IMG/VR virus record: IMGVR_UViG_3300010883_000001
Location: 1-64,000 of that record
DNA from: a virus
DNA length: 64,000 nucleotides
Strand: one strand, 5' to 3'
The notes under the pieces are model-generated. The model worked only from the letters and a program-made list of their open reading frames with translations, was not told the origin of the DNA and did not search any database. The position numbers and the translations under genes are program-made. Shown here in pieces: positions 8,890 through 18,334 of this stretch; the first letter of the stretch is position 1, and each line of letters starts with the position of its first letter.

Positions 8890-11394
8890 ATGTCCGAAAA
8901 CGCTATTATCAAATTAGGTCCGGCTAACGTCGAATCGTACGAGTTAATTCTAAGACCAAGACAGATATTTATTTCATCCTCGGCGTCAGGCGTAACGCAG
9001 GGATATGTCAAGGTATTTCCTGATGGGTCATCAATAGAAAAAGACGTAGTAACACCTGGATCATTTCCAAAAACTAAGTTTGATGAGAGTGGTGTTGAGG
9101 AGTACCGCAAGCAGCTAGCGGATCGCGTAAACAGAAACGTAGATAAACACAAAAGGGGTATTCGGGGTAAACCTCCAAGTTTTGGATCCTCATTACAGCT
9201 GTATATGGATGCTGTAAACGCACATACGGCCTCAGCACCCAGAAATAAGCAGGTTGAGATTATGCGTTTTACTCCTACGTTTAAGTTTACGAGTAATACG
9301 CTCAGAAAAAACATAGTCCGCGAAACTTTATCCCATTATTATCGGACAACCTATCCTGATCTGGGATGGAATGTTACGAATTACAACTGCCTTAATTTCT
9401 TTACGTCAAGCCAAACACCTACCAGGCACTGCCTAATGTACCCAGCTTCTGCTAGTGTTGGTACAAGTATTTACCCTTACAGGCCTAAAGATGCATTCAC
9501 GTTTGAGTTCTGGGTTAATCCGAAATATACTGTCGAGTCTTCGGGAAAATATAAGCCGGGAACAATTATGCACATGTCCTCTTGTTATGCGATAACATTA
9601 CATACGGGTACAAATGCAAATGAAAAAGGGCAGATTTCTAGATTTAGAATAGCTCTCCAACTATCCCATTCAGCAGATATACCCCCAAGTCATCTGAAGT
9701 TTGGAAAGACGGGTATACAGAACGTAACGGCTAGCAGACATTCTGTTGGTAAAGATGATATTGTTTTCGTATCTACTCCATCTTTGAAATTAAATCATTG
9801 GCATCATGTCGTGATGAGGTGGGGAAACAAATCATTTAATGCAGGTTCTGGTTCAATTATAATTGATGGAAAAATTGATGGATCTTTTGTAATACCATTA
9901 TCATCCTCTATAATGCCAACAAAATTTAAGGCCGGTGTAACATCAGATCCGGATTCTCTAATTATAGGGAATTATTTTGAGGGTAAAAATATTGGGAATA
10001 CTATGCTAGCAAAGTGGTTTAATGATAAATCCCATGCTGCCCATGGTGTTGGTAGTGAGTTTCCAGGATCTGTTCTACCTTTTAAACCCGAAGGATCTTT
10101 TTTCCATCATCCTTTAAATGCAGAAATTCATGAGTTAAGAATCTGGAACCAGTATAGAACATTAAATCAGGTTAGGTCTGGATCAACTAGTGGCTTAACA
10201 AACCTAGCAAGCAAGAATAACTCAAAATTGATGTTTTATGTCCCTCCATTCTTTCAGAAACAAAGTCCAAAAAGAAATGTGCTACAAACCCCATTTCAGG
10301 TTCATAAAACAACAACTGATGATCCATTTAATACTGCTATGTCATTTGGTGTAGGTGGGAAAATAATAAATATTCAAAATTATACCCGAGATTTTGTTAA
10401 GGGTGTATATCCATTACCAGTTTCTTTGACTGCCAGTCAGATCTTGGGCTCTACTAAGGCCTATCCTGCAAATGAGTTTTTTGCTAGAAATCATGAGTGG
10501 AATGCGGGCAGTCTTTTATTACAACCTTGTGATAATGGACTATTTAAGCCGGCGTTTTCATTATTAGCTAGCGGTACGGTCACTGATCACCCTACGTCTG
10601 GTAGCAATCATGATCGTTTTATAGATGAATTTGGAAATTTAGATTTTAGTTTAATAGGGTTACATCAACTACTGACGAGTGCATCATTACCATCAATTGA
10701 TGGGAGATCTGGCCCATTTACAAGTGATGGTACTTCTGACGCCGGCGCAAGAATGTCCGGATCTATGACCGAAGAATTACAAGGAGCAAACCCTGAAGAT
10801 CCTGGACGTGCCCAAGGATCTACACTAACAATTCTAAATAGAACTAGAGATTTTTCTTCAAATGAAATTGTTTTTTATGATATATCAAATCTATATTATG
10901 GATCTAAGATTGAACCTGATTCATTTTTGATAATAGACGAGAGTATTACGGGGTCGGGTGGAAAGGTATCAATGAAGCTTCGTGACAATGGTATTGGTTC
11001 ATTGTACCGTGCAGATGCTGAGACAAAACATGCAACATGGAATAAAGTTGGAAACATATTCTATGATGAAGGGATCGTGACGATACTATCCCCAAACATT
11101 CAGTTTTTTGGAAAGCATCAAACCAAGGTATATTTTAACGGAATAAAAAGAATATTCGTTAAAGAAGTGAACATTCCCGTTCCCGCAGGAATGATTAATT
11201 CATCATCAAACCCTGAATGGAAAAAGATGCCACCGAGTTCAGCAGCCTCAGAAAATGCAGATAAGTTTGTGTATGTTTCCACGGTAAATTTGCATGATCA
11301 AAATATGAATGTAGTTGCGAGAGCAAATTTAGCGCAACCTTTTATAAAGAGGGATGAAGAAGAATTTTTAGTTAGGTTGAAGTTAGATTTTTAG
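8890..11394 (+). CDS. LamG/ConA-like lectin-domain virion protein with paralogous C-terminal domain
   Basis: LamG motifs FTFEFWVNP, LNHWHHVVMRW and IHELRIWNQYRT. C-terminal VARANLAQPFIK...RLKLDF is shared with 7633..8877. Confidence 0.65.
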   Translation: MSENAIIKLGPANVESYELILRPRQIFISSSASGVTQGYVKVFPDGSSIEKDVVTPGSFPKTKFDESGVEEYRKQLADRVNRNVDKHKRGIRGKPPSFGSSLQLYMDAVNAHTASAPRNKQVEIMRFTPTFKFTSNTLRKNIVRETLSHYYRTTYPDLGWNVTNYNCLNFFTSSQTPTRHCLMYPASASVGTSIYPYRPKDAFTFEFWVNPKYTVESSGKYKPGTIMHMSSCYAITLHTGTNANEKGQISRFRIALQLSHSADIPPSHLKFGKTGIQNVTASRHSVGKDDIVFVSTPSLKLNHWHHVVMRWGNKSFNAGSGSIIIDGKIDGSFVIPLSSSIMPTKFKAGVTSDPDSLIIGNYFEGKNIGNTMLAKWFNDKSHAAHGVGSEFPGSVLPFKPEGSFFHHPLNAEIHELRIWNQYRTLNQVRSGSTSGLTNLASKNNSKLMFYVPPFFQKQSPKRNVLQTPFQVHKTTTDDPFNTAMSFGVGGKIINIQNYTRDFVKGVYPLPVSLTASQILGSTKAYPANEFFARNHEWNAGSLLLQPCDNGLFKPAFSLLASGTVTDHPTSGSNHDRFIDEFGNLDFSLIGLHQLLTSASLPSIDGRSGPFTSDGTSDAGARMSGSMTEELQGANPEDPGRAQGSTLTILNRTRDFSSNEIVFYDISNLYYGSKIEPDSFLIIDESITGSGGKVSMKLRDNGIGSLYRADAETKHATWNKVGNIFYDEGIVTILSPNIQFFGKHQTKVYFNGIKRIFVKEVNIPVPAGMINSSSNPEWKKMPPSSAASENADKFVYVSTVNLHDQNMNVVARANLAQPFIKRDEEEFLVRLKLDF

Positions 11395-11397
11395 TAA

Positions 11398-11961
11398 ATG
11401 AAAATACTCGGTTTAGATATATCAACTAGTTGTACCGGCTTTTCCGTAATTGATAACACACCTTCAGGTATGAGATTGATTTCTTTATCTAGCGTAAAGT
11501 TATCAAATGAGAAAAGTCGATACAATAAAGCCATACTAGTTCGTACACATATAGAGGATCTTCATAAAAGATATAAGATAGATAAGGTTTTCATTGAAGA
11601 GAATCTACAGGCATTCCGTCCTGGGTTTTCATCAGCAAAGACTTTATTAACATTAGCTAGATTTAATGGTGTTGTTTCATTCTTATGTGAGTCGATTGTG
11701 GGAGTATCTCCAGTATTCCTAAACGTAACAAAAGCAAGAAAATCAGTAGGCTGCCAGATTAAGCGTGCAAAAGTAGTCGGTGTAAGTACTAAGGAACAGG
11801 TCTTTGAGTTTGTAAAGAACCATTCAGAGGCTAGTAAGTATCAGTGGCCAATGAGAACCATTACCCGAGGTCCCCGGGCCGGACAAGTCATCTATGCAGA
11901 TGAGTGTTTTGACATGGCTGATGCATTTGTAATCTCGTTAGCTGGTTGCCTGTACAATTAG
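11398..11961 (+). CDS. ruvC: RuvC-like Holliday junction resolvase
   Basis: MKILGLDISTSCTG, VFIEE and DMADAFVI supply the RNase H-fold acidic catalytic residues typical of RuvC. Confidence 0.8.
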   Translation: MKILGLDISTSCTGFSVIDNTPSGMRLISLSSVKLSNEKSRYNKAILVRTHIEDLHKRYKIDKVFIEENLQAFRPGFSSAKTLLTLARFNGVVSFLCESIVGVSPVFLNVTKARKSVGCQIKRAKVVGVSTKEQVFEFVKNHSEASKYQWPMRTITRGPRAGQVIYADECFDMADAFVISLAGCLYN

Positions 11962-11978
11962 ACGTATAACGTTAATTT
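11951..11978 (+). promoter_or_regulatory. Candidate sigma70-like promoter upstream of primase
   Basis: TGTACA-N16-TAATTT; the same architecture recurs at five other intergenic sites. Confidence 0.5.
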
Positions 11979-11984
11979 TTATTA

Positions 11985-12953
11985 ATGCATTCTTTATCCG
12001 ATAGACGCCGGCTGTTAGAGCGGGCGTTCGGGGGCACATCACTGTCCAGTGACGGCATCAATATAGCTGTATCATGCCCGAAGTGTGCAAAAGATAACCG
12101 GAAGAAAAAATTAGTTATTCGAATTGATGATGGCCGATATCATTGTTGGGTTTGTGGTCTTAAGGGAAAAAATATTGTTAATCTTTTTGAGAGATATAAA
12201 CAAGGGTTAGTGAATGATGCTAAGAGATGGGCAGACTCCGCCGGCATTAGACGATCAAAAAGTACTTACGACAATGAAAAAAAAGAAAATATAGTAAATG
12301 CACCTAATGGGTTTATGTTATTGGCACTATGTCAAAATAGTAGAGATCCGGATGTTAGAGAAACATTTCAATATGTTCGAACACGTGGCGTTAGCATTTC
12401 TAATATGTGGCATTATAGACTGGGGACATGTAAGACTGGAAAATATAGACGAAGGGTTATAATACCTTCTTTTGATGTTGATGGAGAGTTAAATTATATT
12501 ACAGCGAGATCAATTGACGATAGTAGGATACCAAAGTATCTAAATTCAAAGGTTCCAAAAACCGATATTATAATAAACGAAATTAATATTGATTGGAAAG
12601 AAGAACTAACTTTGGTTGAGGGACCATTTGATTTATTAAAGTGTAATCTAAATGCGACCTGTTTGTTAGGTTCTTATCTTTCTCAGAAAAGTGCATTATT
12701 TACTGAAATCGTAAAAAATATGACGCCAGTTTTATTGGCACTTGATCCGGACGCCGACGAAAAATCTCATAAGATTGCCAGAGATTTATATAGTTTTGGA
12801 ATTGATATTAGAATGGCAAAAATAATTAAGGGAGATGTAGGTGACATGTCATTATCGGAGTTTGATGAGATAAGGAGTAAGGCCGGTGACTGGTCAGATA
12901 TAACCTATCTACAATCAAAGATACGTTCGATAAAGACGGGTTCACTGATTTAA
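11985..12953 (+). CDS. DNA primase (Zn-finger + TOPRIM, DnaG/T4 gp61-like)
   Basis: CPKC...YHCWVC zinc finger; RVIIP, YITARS and KYLN; TOPRIM motifs LVEGPFD and LALDPDAD. Confidence 0.9.
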   Translation: MHSLSDRRRLLERAFGGTSLSSDGINIAVSCPKCAKDNRKKKLVIRIDDGRYHCWVCGLKGKNIVNLFERYKQGLVNDAKRWADSAGIRRSKSTYDNEKKENIVNAPNGFMLLALCQNSRDPDVRETFQYVRTRGVSISNMWHYRLGTCKTGKYRRRVIIPSFDVDGELNYITARSIDDSRIPKYLNSKVPKTDIIINEINIDWKEELTLVEGPFDLLKCNLNATCLLGSYLSQKSALFTEIVKNMTPVLLALDPDADEKSHKIARDLYSFGIDIRMAKIIKGDVGDMSLSEFDEIRSKAGDWSDITYLQSKIRSIKTGSLI

Positions 12954-12956
12954 TAT

Positions 12957-15900
12957 ATGGGTTTTAAATGCGCACATATTAGTGATATTCACTGGAGAGG
13001 TTTAAAAAGACATGATGAATATCGATATTCATTTGGTAAAATGTTTGAGGAGCTTGAGGAGTTGGCTCCTGACGCTATATTCATTGGAGGTGATATTGTT
13101 CACAACAAGACACAGGGGATATCACCTGAGTTAATTGACAATCTTACATGGTGGTTTAGATCACTAGCGGCAATTGCACCTACACATATAATCTTAGGGA
13201 ATCATGATGGTTTAATCATGAATTCTCATAGACAGGATGCTATAACACCAATAATAAATGCAATAAATTCAGACAACCTAATTTTATATAAAGACTCAGG
13301 AACATATCCTATACGAGATATTCCTGGATTTAATTGGTGTGTTTTTTCATGTTTTGATACTGAGAACTGGGATAACGTTTTACCTATTAAGGATGAAATA
13401 AATATTGCCGTATATCATGGTTCTGTTGTTGGATCAAAGACTGATACCAATTGGGAGCTTGATGGTGAGGTAGATGCTGAGTTTTTTAGTGATTTTGAGT
13501 TTGGTTTTTTAGGTGACATTCACCAATACCAGTTTGTCAATGAAGAAAATACAATAGCTTATCCAGGTTCAACAATTCAACAGAATTATGGTGAATCACC
13601 AGAGAAAGGTTTCTTATTTTGGGATATAGAAAATTCTAATGAATTTACTGTAGATTTTCATCCGGTAAAAAATCTTAGACCACATATTACCATCAGGTGG
13701 AATGGCACTGTCAAAAATACAATTGCACGGATTGATAATGCTGTTAATGGTGCCAGATACAGGGTTAAAATAAAGGGGCCGATATCACAAGCAGAGATAA
13801 GACAGTTGTATGCTGCTTTACGTGATTATCACGATGCATATGAAGTAGTTCTAAAACATGAAGAGATGGAGGGATCAAGTCTCTTATGCGCTGGCTTAAC
13901 TGAATTTGAGAAAGAGAATTTAAGGGATATATCTACACAGAAAAAAATATTACGACAATTTTACTCTGCCGAAGATTTAAGTGACGAAGTACTTGAAGCT
14001 TTAGATTTGATGTTATCAAAATACCTATCACAGGCGTCAAAATCAGATGTAGTTAGGAATGTAAAGTGGTCAATAAGAAATATCGAGTTTGAAAATACTT
14101 TTGCCTATGGTAAGGGAAATTTTATAAATTTTGATAATCTACGTGGTATTACTGGGATATTTGGTCAAAATAGAGCTGGAAAATCTTCAATTCCTGGAAC
14201 ATTAATGTTTAATCTCTTTAACACATCTGATAGAGGATCACTATCCAATTTACATATTATAAACGCTAGAAAAGGTCATTGTTTAAGTAAGGCAAACATT
14301 AGTGTAAATGGAAAATCTTTTCTTATAGAGAGAAATGCTAATAGATATGTCTCTAGATCAGGCGTACAGAGGGCAATAACATCATTAAATTTATTTGAGA
14401 TAGATAAAGAAGGAAATATCCTAAGCGATTTGAATGGTGAACAAAGAAGAGACACTGAAAAAACCTTAAGAAAGATGGTGGGAACACCCGATGATTTTCT
14501 ATTAACATCTTTAGCTAGCCAGGGTGATATGGGCAACTTTATAAAGTTTAGAGGTACCCAAAGAAAAGCAATACTTACGAAGTTTTTAGATCTATGTGTA
14601 TTTGATGACATGTTTGATCTGGCAAAAGCTGATTCTTTAGAGCTTAAGGTACTATTAAAAGATGTACCTGACCAGGATTGGGATTTGATGATATCAACAA
14701 TATCTGAAAAACTCACAGACGTACATCTTAAGCGAGAAGAAACTGATAATATGTTGCTAAAGAAGAGATCTGATCTAAGTGAATTAAGAATATTACTAGC
14801 CTCAGACTCAAGTTCTAACTTAGTAACGGAATCCGACATAAGTAGAAAGAATAAAGAAATTGAAGAAGCAAAAGATTGCAACCTGAGATTAAATGATGAA
14901 TTAAATCAAAATGAAGCTCAGTTAACAGACATGCAAGAAAAAGTTAATTCGTTAGTATCATTAAAGAGTGATTTTCCTATTGAAGAGTTAAGAAAAAAAT
15001 ATTCCTCACAGCTTGACTTAGAAAAAAATCTTAATAACCTAAAAAATACTTTAGTGAATGAAAGAGATGATCTTCGGCGAAAGAAGAAGTCGTTAACTAT
15101 ATTAAGTGATGTACCATGTGGCGATAAATTTCCAACATGTAAATTTATTAAAAATTCATATGAAAATAAGCAGAAAATTCCAGATCAGGAGTTATTAATA
15201 AATGATCTGATTAAAAAAGTTTCGTTAGCAAAACGCACGTTATCTTCCTTAGGGAGGAAGAATTTAGCTGAAAAAATTGAAAAATACAACTTAATTCTAA
15301 AGAAAGAATCTAGTTTATTAGAAGCACTATCAGATCTAAAGCTTCAGAATGCTTCACTAAAAAATAAGCTGCAGCCAAGTAACGAAAACATTGATATACT
15401 AATCTTGGATTTAGAAAAACTTCAGATAAATGTATGCACAGGAGATGAGGCCGATCGGATATCTAGGGCAAAAGACATGATCTTTGTAACAGAACGTGGA
15501 GTTATGGATTTAGATGCATCCCGAATAAGCCTGGCTGAGAGTGCAGCTAGATTAGAGGTTGAGATTTCAAAAGCAAGAAATGATCAAAAAAAATATCATG
15601 AAATAAGCTCACAGTGGAAAGTTTTTGATTTATTTTTGAGAGCTGTTTCGAAAAAAGGTATACCTCTACAAATAATCTCTTCATTGTTGCCAAGTATTAA
15701 TACGGAGATTTCAAAAATACTACAGACTTCCGCCGGTTTTACTGTTGAGCTAGAATCATCACAAAGTTCAAATGATATAGAGATTTATATAAACTATGGT
15801 GATTCTAGGCGTGTAATAGAGGTGGCTAGTGGGATGGAGAAAATGATGGCTTCTCTTGCTATTCGTGTTGCATTAATTAATATTACAACACTTCCAAAAT

Positions 15901-16100
15901 CTGATATGCTAATTATAGATGAAGGTTTTGGTGCTTTAGACGATGTAAATGTAGAGGTATGTAGTCGATTACTTGAATCACTTAAACAATGGTTTAAGAA
16001 TATAATAATAATTTCTCATGTAGATTCAGTAAAAGACGTAGTTGATGATGTCATAGATATAACGAAAAAAGGTAAGGATTCTCTTGTTTATGTCAAATAA
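12957..16100 (+). CDS. Fused Mre11/SbcD nuclease - Rad50/SbcC ATPase (T4 gp47-gp46-like recombination nuclease)
   Basis: Metallophosphoesterase motifs SDIH, GGDIVH, GNHD and LGDIH, followed in the same frame by Walker A GQNRAGKS, a coiled coil, signature ASGMEK, Walker B IIDEGFGALD and H-loop ISH. Confidence 0.9.
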   Translation: MGFKCAHISDIHWRGLKRHDEYRYSFGKMFEELEELAPDAIFIGGDIVHNKTQGISPELIDNLTWWFRSLAAIAPTHIILGNHDGLIMNSHRQDAITPIINAINSDNLILYKDSGTYPIRDIPGFNWCVFSCFDTENWDNVLPIKDEINIAVYHGSVVGSKTDTNWELDGEVDAEFFSDFEFGFLGDIHQYQFVNEENTIAYPGSTIQQNYGESPEKGFLFWDIENSNEFTVDFHPVKNLRPHITIRWNGTVKNTIARIDNAVNGARYRVKIKGPISQAEIRQLYAALRDYHDAYEVVLKHEEMEGSSLLCAGLTEFEKENLRDISTQKKILRQFYSAEDLSDEVLEALDLMLSKYLSQASKSDVVRNVKWSIRNIEFENTFAYGKGNFINFDNLRGITGIFGQNRAGKSSIPGTLMFNLFNTSDRGSLSNLHIINARKGHCLSKANISVNGKSFLIERNANRYVSRSGVQRAITSLNLFEIDKEGNILSDLNGEQRRDTEKTLRKMVGTPDDFLLTSLASQGDMGNFIKFRGTQRKAILTKFLDLCVFDDMFDLAKADSLELKVLLKDVPDQDWDLMISTISEKLTDVHLKREETDNMLLKKRSDLSELRILLASDSSSNLVTESDISRKNKEIEEAKDCNLRLNDELNQNEAQLTDMQEKVNSLVSLKSDFPIEELRKKYSSQLDLEKNLNNLKNTLVNERDDLRRKKKSLTILSDVPCGDKFPTCKFIKNSYENKQKIPDQELLINDLIKKVSLAKRTLSSLGRKNLAEKIEKYNLILKKESSLLEALSDLKLQNASLKNKLQPSNENIDILILDLEKLQINVCTGDEADRISRAKDMIFVTERGVMDLDASRISLAESAARLEVEISKARNDQKKYHEISSQWKVFDLFLRAVSKKGIPLQIISSLLPSINTEISKILQTSAGFTVELESSQSSNDIEIYINYGDSRRVIEVASGMEKMMASLAIRVALINITTLPKSDMLIIDEGFGALDDVNVEVCSRLLESLKQWFKNIIIISHVDSVKDVVDDVIDITKKGKDSLVYVK

Positions 16101-16302
16101 ATTATTTGAATTTACTAGTGGTGAATGTTTTTTAGTGACTGAAATTGAAAGTAAGCCTGAGATTCCACTTGAATGCCCAATATGTAATTATGTTATGCGT
16201 GATGATCATGATGCATATCACTATACGGTCTATAAGGCATGTACTGACTGTTGTATGTACGGGGATCGTTTAAAAATAAAAAAGAAAATGGAGAGTTTAT
16301 AA
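16084..16302 (+). CDS. Small Zn-finger protein
   Basis: CPIC...CTDC. Overlaps the upstream stop and is coupled to the next gene by TAATG. Confidence 0.55.
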   Translation: MFMSNKLFEFTSGECFLVTEIESKPEIPLECPICNYVMRDDHDAYHYTVYKACTDCCMYGDRLKIKKKMESL

Positions 16303-16679
16303 TGAAGAGTGAACATATTAATACAATAGGTGATATTCTTGATTCAACATTTGGAAAATCATCATCGCCTCGGGGCGATAACTCCGTGACACATTCAATG
16401 TTGGATAATAGATTAACAATGAAATTCCAATCCATTGTTCATTTTGCTGAAGGTCAAAGCCTTCAACTACAGACCGTAAAACTTAGGGAAGAGGCTGTTG
16501 AAAAAATAAGACTTAAAATTGATTTATTAAAAAAGCAGTTTAAAGAGAGATCTGGCGAGTCATTAAAACTTAAAGAAGAGAGTGATTCCGACAATCTGGA
16601 AGTAATTGCTGGGTCAATTCATTCTCCTAGAAAGATGGCTTATTATAGAAGAAATCATGTTTTCACAATACAGAATTAA
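16302..16679 (+). CDS. Hypothetical protein
   Basis: ATG at 16302 follows GGAG and overlaps the previous TAA (the ORF track starts at TTG 16251). Lies directly upstream of the terminase. Confidence 0.6.
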   Translation: MKSEHINTIGDILDSTFGKSSSPRGDNSVTHSMLDNRLTMKFQSIVHFAEGQSLQLQTVKLREEAVEKIRLKIDLLKKQFKERSGESLKLKEESDSDNLEVIAGSIHSPRKMAYYRRNHVFTIQN

Positions 16680-16689
16680 GAATTGATGA

Positions 16690-18300
16690 ATGAGTGTAAC
16701 TGGCAAACAGAGACAGATAAAGGAAATTGTCAGATGTGGCAAGGATCCTGTTTATTTTTGTAATAAATACCTAAAGATACAGCATCCAACCCGCGGATTA
16801 ATTCCTTTTGCAACATACCCATTTCAGGATGAATGTTTAAATGATTTTAGCACACATCGTTTTAATATAATACTGAAATCTAGGCAGTTAGGTATATCAA
16901 CACTTACAGCGGCATATGCAATATGGTTGACTATTTTTCATAAAGATAAAAATGTTCTTATTATTGCAACAAAGTTAGCCGTCGCCCAAAACTTTATAAA
17001 AAAAGTAAAAGTTGCTATAAGGAGTATGCCAAAGTGGTTGTTGATGCCTGAGATAACCGGAAACAATAAACAGACTATAGAGTTTGGCAATGGATCACAA
17101 ATAAAGGCTATACCAACGTCTGATGACGCTGGTCGATCTGAGGCATTATCATTATTGATTGTTGATGAGGCTGCATTTGTTAGAAATTTTGATACCTTAT
17201 GGACATCATTATATCCAACGCTTACAACCGGTGGTCGTGCAATTGTATTATCAACACCAAATGGTGTTGGTGGCCAGTATTATGATTTATGGTTACAAGC
17301 AGAAAACAACATAAATGAATTCAATCCAATAAGGCTTCCTTGGGATGTGCATCCTGAACATGATAATGAATGGTTCGAAAAAGAGTGTAGGAATTTTACG
17401 AAGAGACAAATTGCACAAGAGCTATTATGTGATTTTTCTAGTAGTGCGGAGACATTTTTAACCTCTGAAGATATAGAACACCTTTCTTTTTGTGTGACGT
17501 CACCTATAGAAAAATGGGGCCCGGGCCAGAATGTTTGGGTTTGGAAATATTCATTAACTGGAAATGACTATGTAATTGCGGCTGACGTATCAAGAGGTGA
17601 TGCCGCAGATTATAGCGCTTTTCACGTTATAGATACAACAAAATCAGAGGTTGTGTGTGAGTTTAAAGGAAAGATCCCGCCTGATCAGTTTGCAATACTT
17701 TTGTGTGAGGTAGGGGGTAGGTATGATAATGCATTATTATGCCCGGAGAACAATACATACGGTTATGCTGTAATAATGAAACTACGCGAGCTTGGCTATA
17801 AAAACCTATACTTTAAAAATGAGAAAGATAGATTCAATGCACTTTATGGTACCACTCCATTAGATCTTCATAAGATAGGATTTACGACCAGTGGGCAGTC
17901 TCGAAGTAAAATACTGACAAAGCTTGAGCAGGTTATAAGGAATAAGAATATAAGAGTATACTCTGCTAGATTATACGAAGAATTTAAAACATTCGTATGG
18001 AACCATTCAAAAGCCCAGGCAATGAAGGGTAAGAATGATGATTTAGTAATATCATTAGCAATAGGAATATGGTTATATGATGCAGAAAATATTACTCACG
18101 TTACTAACATTGATCTAAACAAGGCAATGTTGCAAGGGTTTGGCGTAAACTCTGATGATTATAAGTTGGTGCCTGACAATATGCATTATATGTCAAAAAA
18201 TATTTATAAAAATAATATACCAATAACGGGTACACCTCAGCAAGATCAGGGTGTTTCTGGTAGTATGACAAGTGATTTTGATTTCTCTTGGCTTCTGTAG
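16690..18300 (+). CDS. terL: Terminase large subunit (T4 gp17-like)
   Basis: Q-motif YPFQ, Walker A KSRQLGIST, Walker B LLIVDEAAF, motif III LSTPNG, and nuclease motifs AADVSRG and NDDLVISL. Confidence 0.95.
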   Translation: MSVTGKQRQIKEIVRCGKDPVYFCNKYLKIQHPTRGLIPFATYPFQDECLNDFSTHRFNIILKSRQLGISTLTAAYAIWLTIFHKDKNVLIIATKLAVAQNFIKKVKVAIRSMPKWLLMPEITGNNKQTIEFGNGSQIKAIPTSDDAGRSEALSLLIVDEAAFVRNFDTLWTSLYPTLTTGGRAIVLSTPNGVGGQYYDLWLQAENNINEFNPIRLPWDVHPEHDNEWFEKECRNFTKRQIAQELLCDFSSSAETFLTSEDIEHLSFCVTSPIEKWGPGQNVWVWKYSLTGNDYVIAADVSRGDAADYSAFHVIDTTKSEVVCEFKGKIPPDQFAILLCEVGGRYDNALLCPENNTYGYAVIMKLRELGYKNLYFKNEKDRFNALYGTTPLDLHKIGFTTSGQSRSKILTKLEQVIRNKNIRVYSARLYEEFKTFVWNHSKAQAMKGKNDDLVISLAIGIWLYDAENITHVTNIDLNKAMLQGFGVNSDDYKLVPDNMHYMSKNIYKNNIPITGTPQQDQGVSGSMTSDFDFSWLL

Positions 18301-18317
18301 TTTAAATTTCTCAAAGG

Positions 18318-18324
18318 ATAGTTA
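18318..18324 (+). promoter_or_regulatory. Candidate late-promoter motif ATAnTTA upstream of portal
   Basis: ATAGTTA; the motif recurs before many structural genes. Confidence 0.45.
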
Positions 18325-18334
18325 GTTTTCAATC

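Noticed and set aside
11398-11961. RuvC-fold protein as a TnpB/Cas12-like RNA-guided nuclease
   Set aside because: It is only 187 aa, has no Zn-ribbon or REC region and no adjacent ncRNA space or array. It fits a plain resolvase.
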